64,000 nucleotides of DNA from Camelus ferus (lineage: Eukaryota). A program made the translations under genes and the position numbers. The DNA lies in assembly GCF_009834535.1 (NCBI RefSeq), contig NC_045707.1, positions 19,964,001-20,028,000 on the forward strand. The letters are read 5' to 3'. Position 1 is the first letter of the stretch; every line of letters starts with the position of its first letter. Of the stretch, positions 10,930 through 22,794 are shown piece by piece. Under the pieces are notes generated by a model. That model ran no database searches, had not been told where the DNA came from, and saw only the letters and a program-made list of their open reading frames with translations.

Positions 10930-11400
10930 TCAGCAGCCTCAGGGCCATGCCACCCACACACCTAATTTACATTGGAGTCATCCTCATCTTGGGCTACTTT
11001 TCATTCTCCAAAAGAGGCTTTTTTCATGCTTCTAAATGGCTAGTTATGCCAGTCCCTCTACTGGAAGGTTTCGATCACACACACACACACACACACAGAT
11101 ACACACACACGCATCCCAGTTGTCCTCCTGATAAATCTCTACTTTCAAGAGTCAGCTCAATGGTCACTTCTTTTGAAAAGTGGTCCCTGTTACCCTTTGA
11201 ACCTATGTAGAAAATGTGGCAGCTGGGCTCTGTTCATTGCACTGCTATAGCACCAACCCTATAGCACATCTGCTACTTCTCCCCCTAAAGTGTGAACTTC
11301 TAGAGGGCAAGAATCCTGCCTTACTCACTTTTAGATCTTTAGCATCCATTCAATAATTTATGCAATTAACAAGTATATTTTTGGGCCAGCTGGAGAAGTA
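10930..11400 (+). repeat. Diverged paralog of the TIMELESS intron segment ~615-925 + 1223-1410
   Basis: Collinear blocks gcagcctc..gccatgccaccc, tgccagtccctc..ctggaagg and ttcaagagtcagctca..gtcac are present in both places. The MER2 is absent from this copy. Confidence 0.75.
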
Positions 11401-11494
11401 AGTGGTCAGAAGCACCTCCACCCTACCCTTAGCACAGCCCCAATGCCACCTGTGCTTTGTAACCTATAATAGTGTAATAGCTGTTGTCAAATTT

Positions 11495-11662
11495 GAGTGC
11501 ACATGAGAATCACCTGTAGGGATTGTTAAAACCCAAATTGTTGAGCTTATTCTGAGTATCTGATTTAACAGGTCTGGGATATGGCCCAAGAGTTTGCACT
11601 TCTTCTAAGTTCCCAGGCAATGCTGAGGCTGGTGGCTCTGGGATCACACTTTGAGATCCACT
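11495..11662. mobile_element. MER5A-like hAT-Charlie fossil
   Basis: gagaatcacctgtaggg...aacaggtctgggatatggccc...aagttcccaggcaatgctgaggctg...cacactttgag pattern. Confidence 0.7.
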
Positions 11663-12297
11663 ACCCTATAGCCACTGGGGGGTACTGATCCATGTCTCTC
11701 TCCTCCTTGTAATGATCCCTGCTCTGCTACCCGACTCCAAGGCCTCTCTGGAGACTCATTCTCACTCCCCAGAAAACTCAGAGTCCAGTGTTTGGTTCAG
11801 TGGGAGTGATGATTTAACCCACAATCTGATAATCTGATTTCCTCCTTTTTAATGCTACCTATAGACCCACTTCAGAGGCATAGTTTATTAATATTTAGAT
11901 GTCCAACTATCCTTATAGAATTTTTCTATAACTGTATATGCACATACATTTTTAAGCAAAAATAGGACTTTATTGTTCATACTAGCTTGAAGCCTGTGAA
12001 CCCTTAACCAGTCCCCCATCCCCCCATCCTGGACTCATTCTTAATTTCTGGAAATAAATTTCCAGAAGTGGAATTTGTGGGCCAAAGGATATACACATTT
12101 TTGTTGTTAGTTGAGCCATTCATCTCTTTGTTAAAATGAAAAGAATTGCTTTGTTTTTTTCTGGTTGTAAATGTAATACATTCACATTGCAAAAAATTTA
12201 GCCAACTTAAAAGAAAAAACAGTCCCTCAAGTCTGATCACTCAGAAATCACTTCTGTTAATTTTTTGGCTGAGGTATATTTTACTTATAATAAAACA

Positions 12298-12401
12298 GGG
12301 GATAGGGGTATAGCTCAGTTGGTAGGGTGCATGCTGAGCCTGCACGAGGTACTTGGTTCTATTCCCAGTACCTCCATTTGAAAAAGGAAAAAAAAAAAAG
12401 A
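12298..12401 (+). mobile_element. tRNA-derived SINE (camelid Vic-1-like)
   Basis: ggggtatagctcagttggtagggtgcatgc...ggttctattcccagtacctcc plus A-rich tail; Pol III A and B boxes. Confidence 0.85.
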
Positions 12402-15400
12402 GATACCTGTAATAAAACAGGCAGATTTTAAATGTACAGTTCGAAGCACTTTGACACACACAAAAACAAGCACACACAAAGATAGATACATAGATAAATT
12501 ACCACATCAATCAAATACAAAGCATGTCCTTCACTTTGGAATGTTCCCAGTTAATTCCACTCCCCGCCCTCTTCTCTCATGACTCTCTCCCCACATACAA
12601 ACATTGGACTAATTTCTATCCGTGCAGTTTAGTGTTGCCTCTCTGTAATTTCACACACATGGAATCACAGAATATGTCTTCTCTCGAGTTTGACTTCTAC
12701 TCAGCCGTCTATGATTTATCAGTGTCCTTGCGTGTATATCAGTAAATTAGAGCTTTTTAATGCCGAGTAATATATCAGTTTGTAAATGTATAATGGTTGT
12801 TTTTAAAATTCATGTGCCTGTTAGTGGATATTTGGATAGTTTCCAATTTGGGGCTATTATAGATAAATATGCTATGAACATACTTGTCTTTTATGGGACG
12901 TGTGTTATCATTTCTCTTGGGTAAATATTAAGAAGAAAAACTGCTAGGCAATAAGGTGTGTATATATTTAACCTTATAAGAAATTGCCAGTTTTCCAAAG
13001 TGATTGTACCAATGTATGAAAGTTCTAGCTGATTCTCATCAACACACTTGACATTATGTCTTTCTAGTTTTAGCCATCCTAGTGAGTATCTCCTAATGGT
13101 ATTAATTTATATTTCTTTGATGACTTACTGCACATCTTTTGGCCATTGTTACCTCCTCTCTTGTGAAGTGTCTGTTCAAGTCTTTTGTCCATTTATAAAA
13201 CGGAGTTGCTTGCTTATTTAATATTGTGTGTCTATATGCATATTGTATGTATCATACCACTGATATAAATTATAGTGGCATATGGTCCTCCTTCAGTATC
13301 CGAGGGGGATTGTTTCCAGGACCCTCCGCCCATACCAAAATTTGCAGATGCTCAAGTCTCTTACATAAATGTCACAGTACAGTTGAGCCTCCATATTCCA
13401 GGTTCCACATCCATGGATATTGGCTGTTTATCCCTGATATAAATTTCACACACATATCATATGTGTTAGAAATCCTTTGTCAGATATATATTTACAAGTA
13501 TTTCCTTTGCACTATGCCTTGCCTCTTAATTTTCACAGCAGCAGAAGCTTTAATTTTGAAGTCCAATTTACTGATTTTTAATTTTATGGTTAATGCTTTT
13601 TATTGTGGTAAAATATACATAACATAAAATTTACCACTTTAACCAATGTAAGTGTACAATTTAGTGACATTAAGTACGTTCACACTGTTGTACACTGTTA
13701 CCATGTCCATAAACAGAACTTTTTCTTTATCTTTCCAAACTGAAATTCTGTACCCATTAACACTAACTCCCCATTCCCCACTGTCCTCTGTAGGTACTTC
13801 ATGAAAGTGGAATCATATAATATTTGTCTTCTTGTGTCTAGCTGANNNNNNNNNNNNNNNNNNNNNNNNNNNNNNNNNNNNNNNNNNNNNNNNNNNNNNN
13901 NNNNNNNNNNNNNNNNNNNNNNNNNNNNNNNNNNNNNNNNNNNNNNNNNNNNNNNNNNNNNNNNNNNNNNNNNNNNNNNNNNNNGTTGTGTGAACTGGTA
14001 TTTCATTGTGGTTTTGATTAGCATTTTCCTAGTGTTTGGTAATGTTGAGNNNNNNNNNNNNNNNNNNNNNNNNNNNNNNNNNNNNNNNNNNNNNNNNNNN
14101 NNNNNNNNNNNNNNNNNNNNNNNNNNNNNNNNNNNNNNNNNNNNNNNNNNNNNNNNNNNNNNNNNNNNNNNNNNNNNNNNNNNNNNNNNNNNNNNNNNNN
14201 NNNNNNNNNNNNNNNNNNNNNNNNNNNNNNNNNNNNNNNNNNNNNNNNNNNNNNTTAGCGTCCTTTGATGCACAAAAGTATAAAAATTAATTAATTTTAA
14301 TTTGAGTTTTTAATGAAATCCAATTTATTTATTATTTCTTTTGTTGCCTGTGTTTTTAGTGTCACATCTGAGAAATCACTGCCAAATGCAAGGTCACGAA
14401 GCTTCCTCCTATGTTTTCCTCTAAGAATTTTAGTTTTAGCTCTTATGTTTAAGTATTTGATCCTTTTTGAGTTATATTTCATATTTGGTATAAGAGAAGG
14501 GTCAAACTTTATTATTTTGCATGTGGATATCCAGTTGTCCCAGCACCATATGCTCCATTGAGTGGTTTCAACACCCTCATAAAAAAATCATTTAACTATA
14601 TCCACAAAGATTTACTTCTGGGTTCTCTATTCTATTTCATTGGTCTATGTGTTTATCTTTATGCCAATATCACACTGGGTTTTGTTTAGTTTTTTTTTTT
14701 TTTTTTTGCAAATTTTCTTTTCTTTTTTTTAATTAAAGTTTTTTGTTTTTCTCATTGATTTTTATAAGTTCCTGATATATTAAGCATAATTTCTTATCCA
14801 CATATCTGAGTTAGGGCAAAACTAGAATTACTTTCAGAAAATACTTGCCCAAGCATATTGTCTTGGGAGACAAACCTTGTTGAGTTGTGTGTCCTAGTTG
14901 GTATCTTCATTTATAAGAAAAGGAATTCTCTCACCGTAGCAAAAGCATACAAGTATGGCTTTAATTGGCCTTGCAGAATAGCTCCTATGAGGTACTTGTC
15001 ATTAAGACAATAGCACACTCTTTNNNNNNNNNNNNNNNNNNNNNNNNNNNNNNNNNNNNNNNNNNNNNNNNNNNNNNNNNNNNNNNNNNNNNNNNNNNNN
15101 NNNNNNNNNNNNNNNNNNNNNNNNNNNNNNNNNNNNNNNNNNNNNNNNNNNNNNNTTTGGGGGAAAAAAAAAACCCACTAGGATTTTGGCAAGGAGTGCA
15201 TCAAATTTTTTAGTCTCTTTGGGTTGTAATGACATCTTAAGAATAGTAAGTCTTCCAGTCCATGGGCTTGATGTCTTTCCCGTTATATATGCCTTCTTTA
15301 ATTTCTTTCAGCCATGTTTTGTAACTTTCATTGTACAAGTCTTTGGCCTCCTTGGTTAAGTTTATTCCTAATTATTTTATTCTATTTGATGGCTGTTGTA

Positions 15401-16977
15401 AAAAAATTTTTTTTTATTTCTTTTTCAGATTTTCCATTGTTAGTGTATAGAAATGCAACTAATTTGGGGTGTTGATTTTGTTGATCCTGCAACTTTTCTT
15501 AATTTGTTTATTAATTCTAACAAGTGTGTGTGTGTGCGCGAATATTTAGGGTTTTCTACATATATGATCATATCTTCTGCAAACAGAGATAATTTTGCTT
15601 GGANNNNNNNNNNNNNNNNNNNNNNNNNNNNNNNNNNNNNNNNNNNNNNNNNNNNNNNNNNNNNNNNNNNNNNNNNNNNNNNNNNNNNNNNNNNNNNNNN
15701 NNNNNNNNNNNNNNNNNNNNNNNNNNNNNNNNNNNNNNNNNNNNNNNNNNNNNNNNNNNNNNNNNNNNNNNNNNNNNNNNTTTTTTCTATTTCTAGTTTG
15801 TTGATGTAAAATGCCTTTCTGCATCAATTGAGATGATCAATTGAGATGATTTTTTTCTCCTTTATTCTGTTAATGTGATGAATTACACTGGTTGATTTTC
15901 ATATATTGAGCCACATTTATATTCTAGAAATAAATAAATGGTGTGTAATACTTCTAATATGCAACCATATTCAGATTGTAAGTGTTTTGCATTAATATTC
16001 TCAAGAGATACAGGTCTGTGGCTTTCTTTTCTTGTAGTGTCCTTGTCTGGCTTTGATATCAGGGTAATGCTGGTCTCCTAGAATTAGTTATAAATGTTCC
16101 CTCCTCTTATTTTGGAAGAGTCTGAGGAGGATTAGTATTAACTCTTCTTTAAATGTTTGGTAGAATGCACCAATAAAGCCATTTGGTCCAGGGCTTTCCT
16201 TTATTGAGAAGTTTTTTACTGATTCAGTCACCTTACTAACTGTAGGTCCATTCAGATTTTCTGTCACTTCATGATTCAGTCTTGGTATCTTGTATGGTTC
16301 TAGCAATTTGTCTGTTTCATCTGGATTACCCAATTTACTGGCATACACCTATTCATTGTACTCACTTAAAATCATTTTTGTTTCTGCAAAACAAGTAATA
16401 ACATTCCCACTTTCATTTCTTATTAAATTGAGATATAGTTGACATATAACTTTATATTAGTTTGAGGTGTACAACATAATGATTCAATATTTGTATACAA
16501 TGTGAAATGATCACAATAAGTCTATTTAACAACCCTCGGCACACAATGATACAATGTTTTCCTTGTGATGAGAACTTTCAAGATTTACTATTTTGGTAAT
16601 TTTGGAATATAAAATAGAGTATTATTGATTATACTAATTAATAATAATAATTATTATTATACAGTATAGATACCATGCTGTACATTCCATCCCCAGGACT
16701 TACTTATTTTATAAGTGGAAGTTTGTGCTTTTGACCTCCTCTATCCATTTTGCCCACTGCCCACCATCTGCTTCTGGCAATCACCAATCTGTTCTTTGTA
16801 TCTATGAGTTCAGTTTTTGTTTTTAAGATTCCACATTCCACTTATGATATAAGTGAGATCATAAAGTATTTGTCTTTCTCTGTCTGACTTATTTCACTTG
16901 GTGTAATGCCCTCAAGGTCCATCCATGTTGTCACAAACAGCAAGATTTTATTCTTTTTATGCCTGAATATTCTACTG

Positions 16978-16983
16978 TGTGTG

Positions 16984-17017
<34 letters not shown>

Positions 17018-17023
17018 TACACA
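16978..17023. repeat. Compound (TG)/(TA)/(CA) microsatellite
   Basis: gtgtgtgtatatatatatatatatacacacacacacacacatacac seen directly. Confidence 0.9.
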
Positions 17024-18344
17024 CCACAGTTTCTTTATCTATCTATTCATTGATGGACACTTAGGAAGCTTCTCTTGTAAATAATAGAACTGCAATGAGC
17101 ATGGGGGTGCATATANNNNNNNNNNNNNNNNNNNNNNNNNNNNNNNNNNNNNNNNNNNNNNNNNNNNNNNNNNNNNNNNNNNNNNNNNNNNNNNNNNNNN
17201 NNNNNNNNNNNNNNNNNNNNNNNNNNNNNNNNNNNNNNNNNNNNNNNNNNNNNNNNNNNNNNNNNNNNNNNNNNNNNNNNNNNNNNNNNNNNNNNNNNNN
17301 NNNNNNNNNNNNNNNNNNNNNNNNNNNNNNNNNNNNNNNNNNNNNNNNNNNNNNNNNNNNNNNNNNNNNNNNNNNNNNNNNNNNNNNNNNNNNNNNNNNN
17401 NNNNNNNNNNNNNNNNNNNNNNNNNNNNNNNNNNNNNNNNNNTTGGAATAATGTCGTTCAGATCCCCAGCGCATTTTTAAATCAGATCGTTTGTTTGTTT
17501 GTTTTTTTGCTATTGGATTGTATGAGTTCCTTACTTATTTTGGATATTGTCCCCTTATCAAATGTATAGATTGTAAGTATTGTCTCTCATTCAGTAGGTT
17601 GTATCTTCATTTTGTTAATGGTTTCCTTTGCTATGCATCCCACTTTTATTACTGATGTTAGTAATTTGAGTTTCTCTCTCTCTTTTTTTTAATTCAATGT
17701 AGTCGAAGGTTTGTCAATTTTGTCGATTTTTTTTTAAAGAATCAATTTTGGAAAAAAAAGAATCAATTTTGGATTTATTGATTTTATCTATTGCTTTTCT
17801 ATTCTCTGTTTTATTTATCCTGCTCTAATCTTTATCATTTCCTTCCTTATGCTAGCTTTAGGTTTAGTTTGTCCTTCAGTCTTTAGTCTTCTTTAATCAC
17901 TTTTGATAATTGTTTGTAGTTTTCAGTGCACAAGTTTTATACTTCTTTTGTTAAATTTATCCCTAAGCATTTTATTCTTTTTGATGCTATCAGAAATGAA
18001 ACTATCTTGTAAATTTAATTCTCAAAGTATTCACTACAAATGTATATAAATGTAATTTATTTTGTATATTGATCTTGTATTCTACAACTTTGCTGAACTC
18101 ACTTATTTTAATAATTTTTTGTGTGGACTCTTTGAGAGTTTTCTATACTGCAATATCATGTTATCTGCAAACTGAGATATTTATTTCTTCCTTTCTAATC
18201 TGGATGTCTTTTATTTCATTGTCTTGCTAAGTCACTCTGGCTAAACCCTCCAGTACAATGTTAAATAGAAGTGGCAAGAGTAAGCATCTTTGTCTTGTTC
18301 CTTCTTTTAGGAATTTTATGTGGTTTTTTGTTTTGTTTTTTATC

Positions 18345-18498
18345 TTTCCTTGCTTTTTTTTTTAATTTTGGGGAGAGGTAATTAGATTTATTTATTTATC
18401 TACTTCATTTATTTTTTTTAATGGAGGTACTGGGGATTGAACCCAGGATCTCGTGCATGCCAAGCACGTGCTCTACCACTAAGCTACACCCTCCCCCC
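18345..18498 (-). mobile_element. Vic-1-like SINE
   Basis: Reverse complement of the same SINE (aatggaggtactggggattgaacccagg...ctaccactaagctacaccctcccc). Confidence 0.85.
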
Positions 18499-18869
18499 GA
18501 ATTTTATGTGTTTTTTAACAGCATTTTAATTAGAATTGTTTTTCTAAGTTAACTTTTCAATGTATGCTCCTAGAACACAGAAATATTTTTATATTAATAT
18601 CTTATCCTGTCACCTTCCTAAATTCACTTATTAGTTCTGGTAGTTTTTTTAAAAAATTTGGCTCTTTAGGATTTCCTACATAAACAATTATGCTGTTTTT
18701 AAATAAATACAGTTCTGATTCTTCTTTTCTACTTTTACGCCATTAATTTTTTATTATTGCCTCATTACACTACTTAAGACTCCCAGTACAATGGTGATAA
18801 AGTGGTAAGCATAGATATTCTTGCTTTTTGATAGATTCTAGGAGAAAGGGTTAAATATTTACCCTTTGT

Positions 18870-19945
18870 TACGTTGCTTCACAGAAACTGTAGAGTCCTC
18901 GGGATTCCCCAGGGATTTAGTGTCTGGTCAGTTCAGTAGGGCTGAACCCCTTCGCACCTAGTTCTTGCTACTTCCAATTTTGGAAGTGTGTCCTTACAGA
19001 TCTCCCCCTCTTCTTTCTTCTGTCTGCTCTTAGTTGTCAAGGGCCACTCCTGAGAACTGAGAAGTGAAATAAATAGAGGAAAGGACTCTGAGCCCCCGCC
19101 CCACCTCTGGCCTGTTTTCTTTGGCTGTCTGTCAGAAGTGAGTGACAGCACCAAAGAAACTTTTTGCCGTAACGCTATGTAGGAATCTGTACCAGTTTCA
19201 GAAGGCATCCAATACCTTCTTTCCCTAATTTTTGGACTGTAGTTATGGCTAGACCCCAAATGAAACCAAATGTTTGGAGTTTTGGTTAGATTTGGAAAGT
19301 GTTACTACCTAGCTGATGAACATGTTTCATTTATGGTTTGCATTGGAATTAGAAAAGTGAGAAATAAGAGTTGCACTGATTTCATTTAACTTACCAGTCT
19401 TTTCAGTTTTCCTGGCCTCCACTCAATGTATCTTTTTGAAAAAGAACTTATGGAATGTTTTGGAGGTCTCTTACCAGAGATCATCAGCCTTTCTGCCTTA
19501 TCCATTCTCCCCTTCAGAAGATACAGAGGAACTTTTCCTCATCTCATGTATAGGATCCAGGGTAAAACCTTAGGACAACAAGGATACGGGGCAGAACTAG
19601 CAGGGCGAAAAGGGGAAAGGCCTATTTGTCAGTATGGGCCAAAGGTGAGGAGGATAAAGTCTGGACCTAGAAGAGATGTATAAATATTTGCAAATGCTAT
19701 GTCCTTCACTGTTTTGGGCACTGTCAGCATTCTGGCTTCCTCGTGATTCTGGCTGGGGTAAGGGAGAAAGAGCAATTAAAAAATTCAGAAAAGTCATCCC
19801 AGTCATGAAGATACCAAAGCAAGGGAGATGTTTGGACTTTTTTGTTCCTCTGGCTTGTTTCTTCCTCAAAACAGTTGAGGATCTCTCATGGCCTTTTAAG
19901 AGTGGGAGTGAAGTATGTCCAGAGTAACTGAAATTTCCAAGGCCT
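18870..19945 (+). repeat. Third copy of TIMELESS 3'UTR plus the APON-upstream spacer
   Basis: 18885-19220 matches 2390-2720 and 5570-5835; 19430-19945 matches 2925-3065 + 3955-4275 and 6100-6525. Confidence 0.75.
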
Positions 19946-20053
19946 GACACTTCCTAGCTCTGACCAGTCTCGGTGTCTCTTCATCCTAGGCCTCTCCCCG
20001 CTTCCCAACCTGAGCACTGCTTCTTTCCAGCAGGGCTGTTCTGCTGACCCACC

Positions 20054-20830
20054 ATGGTCCAGGCTGTGCTGCTCCTTTGCTGTGTTTTCCTGTCCCCAGT
20101 GGCTGCCTTTCCAAGAAATGGCCAGAAAGGAGCCTTGAACTTCCAGCCGTCTTTCACAGAAACTGGGCATGCTCTGAACAGGCTCTCCAACCAGATCCCT
20201 CTCCCAGATCCCAAGACCTGCCAGGATCTTTTGGGCATGGCCTCCTCCTTAGCCCCTCTGCCTGAGTACCTATCCAGCTTAGCTCTGGAGGTGGTCCTGG
20301 AGGAGGTTGGCTGCCCAACTGAGGCCCACCTTCTGCAGCTTCAGCTTGTTAAGATGGGAGGAAAGGACACCACTGAAACTCTCATCCATGAGAGTAAAAA
20401 GCATGATGAGGTGGAAGGCACTGGCAATACTATAGTCATTCTGAGGGATCTTTGGGGGACCCGCAGAGAAGCTTGGATAAATCCAAAACTCAGCCACTCA
20501 CCCTGAGGAGTGTGTTAATGATGGTGAGTACACCCACTGGAGTGGCTGGTCTACCTGTTAGCTCAGATGGTGGTTGAATTTGCTGAGAAGCAAACAGCTT
20601 CCATGTTGCTAGCTGATGACACAATTTAAAGCGTTGCTATCAACAACCCCTAGAACTGCAGATATGAGTCTTGGAAACATGTTGAAGAATTAGACAAAGG
20701 CTGAAGACACCTCCACGTTATGGGCCTCTCAGTGTCTATAGATGATTACAATATAATTTATCAAATGTTCCACAGTTATTCTGAAGTGTTTTGGGGGAAA
20801 CTGTTTCAGGAATTTGTCCAGATTATTTAA
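20054..20830 (+). pseudogene. Second APON copy, truncated (150-aa ORF 20054-20506); 3' half decayed
   Basis: Identical to 6632-6945 up to 20367. A +1 shift near 20450, a TAA at 20478-20480 in the ancestral frame and loss of the furin site follow; a degenerate C-terminal remnant (EWLVY..AQMVVEFAEK) continues to ~20830. Confidence 0.85.
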
Positions 20831-21771
20831 TTCAGATATTCAATGTCACCTAGGTGACAAGTCTGATTTCCCACGACTCTGTTCAAGGATGGAACACAGT
20901 AAGTAGGCAGAATGTTGGACACCACTTAGGACAGATGCATGTTCTTTATTTCATCCCAGTGCTAAAACACACAGGTGACTGGTATTAACCTTGCCCCTCT
21001 CCACTTAGTAGCTCTCAGTCCTTATTTCTCATTCCATTTTCCCTTTTTTTCTTTTCTTTATTTCAGTTATCCTATGCTGGGCATGTAATAAGCATGAGAA
21101 ATATTTTGACTTGTTTTTCATTCATCTACCCTGTGCTAAACCCCCAACTTGACAATATAGCTTGCTAATTTAATTTTTAAACTGAAAAGAGAAATAAAAT
21201 AAAAGATCATGAAAGACATCTAATCTGTTCTGATTCTGTCTCCTTTCTCCTATCATGGACTAGAGTAGGAATGTGGCAGGGAATTATAGGAAATGCCAAA
21301 GAACAGGGTTTTAGGTATTGAGGTTGAGTGTGACAAGGGGACGAGGTTTGAGAAGCCAGCACAAACAGACAAATATTTGCAAAGATTACATCTCTTACTG
21401 GTGATAGGGGAAAACAAATACCGACTTTCTTCATGGAACAGAGGAGTAGGCAGAACAGGATCGAGGAGCTACCAAACCTAGCAAGGCAGTCTCACTTCTT
21501 AATCGCTGGACTGTGTGGTAATTTGGGATCCCCTACAAATGGGTGCAAGTAAGGCAGAGGAAAACCCTGATGACCTGAAGATTGAGAAGGCCAAGTGGGA
21601 ACAATTGGGTTGCATTTCCTGTTTCTTAGGCCTTTACCTGAAAAGAACAGAAGTTTGGAGGTAATAGATGAGATGTGCCCTGAGTCCTGGGCTCCTTTCA
21701 GACCACAGCCCTTAGGGACATGGTTTGTATGTTTCTGGTTTCTCCCCTCTCCAGCTCACTCTGTTCCAGAC

Positions 21772-22675
21772 ATGCGTGGCCTCAGACTCATCATGATGCT
21801 GATTGAGCTACTTCTTTGCTACTATCCTGCACGCTGTGGATGCCATTTCATATGGAAACCAGACAAATGTCTTGATGCATCTTCCCTCATCCTTGGGATC
21901 CTGGCCACCTTCCTCAGACCCCTTGTCTTGCCAAATGCTGCTCCCAAAGTCCCTGCCTGGCTTCATCCACATGGCCCCTCTACCCAAGTTTCTGGTAAGC
22001 CTGCCACTGATGATCGCCCTGGAGGAAACGGGCTGTCAGGCTGAGGTACGGGTCCTGCAGCTTCAGCTCTATCGCCAGGTGGGTGTAAATGCTACCCAGA
22101 TCCTCATGAGACATCTTCAAGAGCTCGAGAAAAGCAGAAGCACAGGAAGGAGAGTGTCAGTGGATGCCCTGGCCTCTGCTCTGCAGCTGTTGGCCAGGGA
22201 GCATCCAGGCCCACAGAGGGCCCGACGAGCCTTCTCTGTCAAGGACTGTGAACAGGAGCAGGAGCAGGGTGTGTACAATACAGTCCAGCTGTTGCCGGTA
22301 GTGGGAACCTTCTACAGCCTGGGCACAGCATTGTATTATGCTGCTCAGAACTGCCTGGACAAGGCCAAGGAACGGGGCCAAGATGGGGTCATAGATCTGG
22401 GTTATGATCTTCTGATGGCCATGGGTGGGCCCAAGGGACTACTGATCGGTATTGCACTTAAACCTGCAGTGAAGTTTGGGGTTCAACAGCTGATCCAGTA
22501 TTACAGTGAGAAAGAGGCAAACACCCCTCCACCAGAGACCAGCAAGGAGGTCTTGGGAGACACCTTAGTTGCGAGTGACCTGGAAGAAACAACTACCATG
22601 GTCCCTTTGGTATCAGAACTAGTCAGTTCAGCACCTTCCTGGAGTTGGAACTTATTCAAGGGCTATGGCTTATAA
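21772..22675 (+). CDS. APOF: Apolipoprotein F (syntenic copy); signal peptide and body are in different frames in this sequence
   Basis: ATG 21772 gives MRGLRLIMMLIELLLCY. The rest (ILHAVDAISYGNQTNVLMHLP...RARR/AFSVKDC...GYGL*) is in another frame from 21824. Exon 1 remnant ends at 21517 (GT donor), exon 2 acceptor at 21754, AATAAA at 23022. Confidence 0.85.
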
Positions 22676-22794
22676 TCTGGGTATGGGAATCTTGGGGTAT
22701 AAAAGAAGGTGGTAAACACAATTACTAGATCTCGTATTCTGACAAGCTCTGTGTGTGTTCAAAATCCAAATCTCTGAAACGTTATCAAGGAGAA

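Larger units (their letters stand above)
12410..18850 (-). mobile_element. Pile-up of nested, mostly antisense L1 fragments (with a MER2-type piece at ~13270-13410 and five N gaps)
   Basis: Many antisense L1 ORF2 and 3'UTR passages; minus-strand ORF fragments such as PGPNGFIGAFYQTFKEELILIL and KNKILLFVTTWMDLEGITPSEISQTEKDKY are degenerate L1 ORF2. Confidence 0.85.

Noticed and set aside
12298-12380. tRNA-like sequences with A and B boxes (also at the other SINE sites)
   Set aside because: No intact cloverleaf, and they have A-rich tails and are dispersed; these are SINEs, not tRNA genes.
13698-17474. Long ORFs full of X, and L1 ORF2-like peptides
   Set aside because: Artefacts of N gaps or degenerate L1 fragments.
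21803-21874. ORF-track start at TTG 21803 for a 290-aa APOF
   Set aside because: A non-ATG start created by the frameshift; the homologous start is ATG 21772 in another frame.
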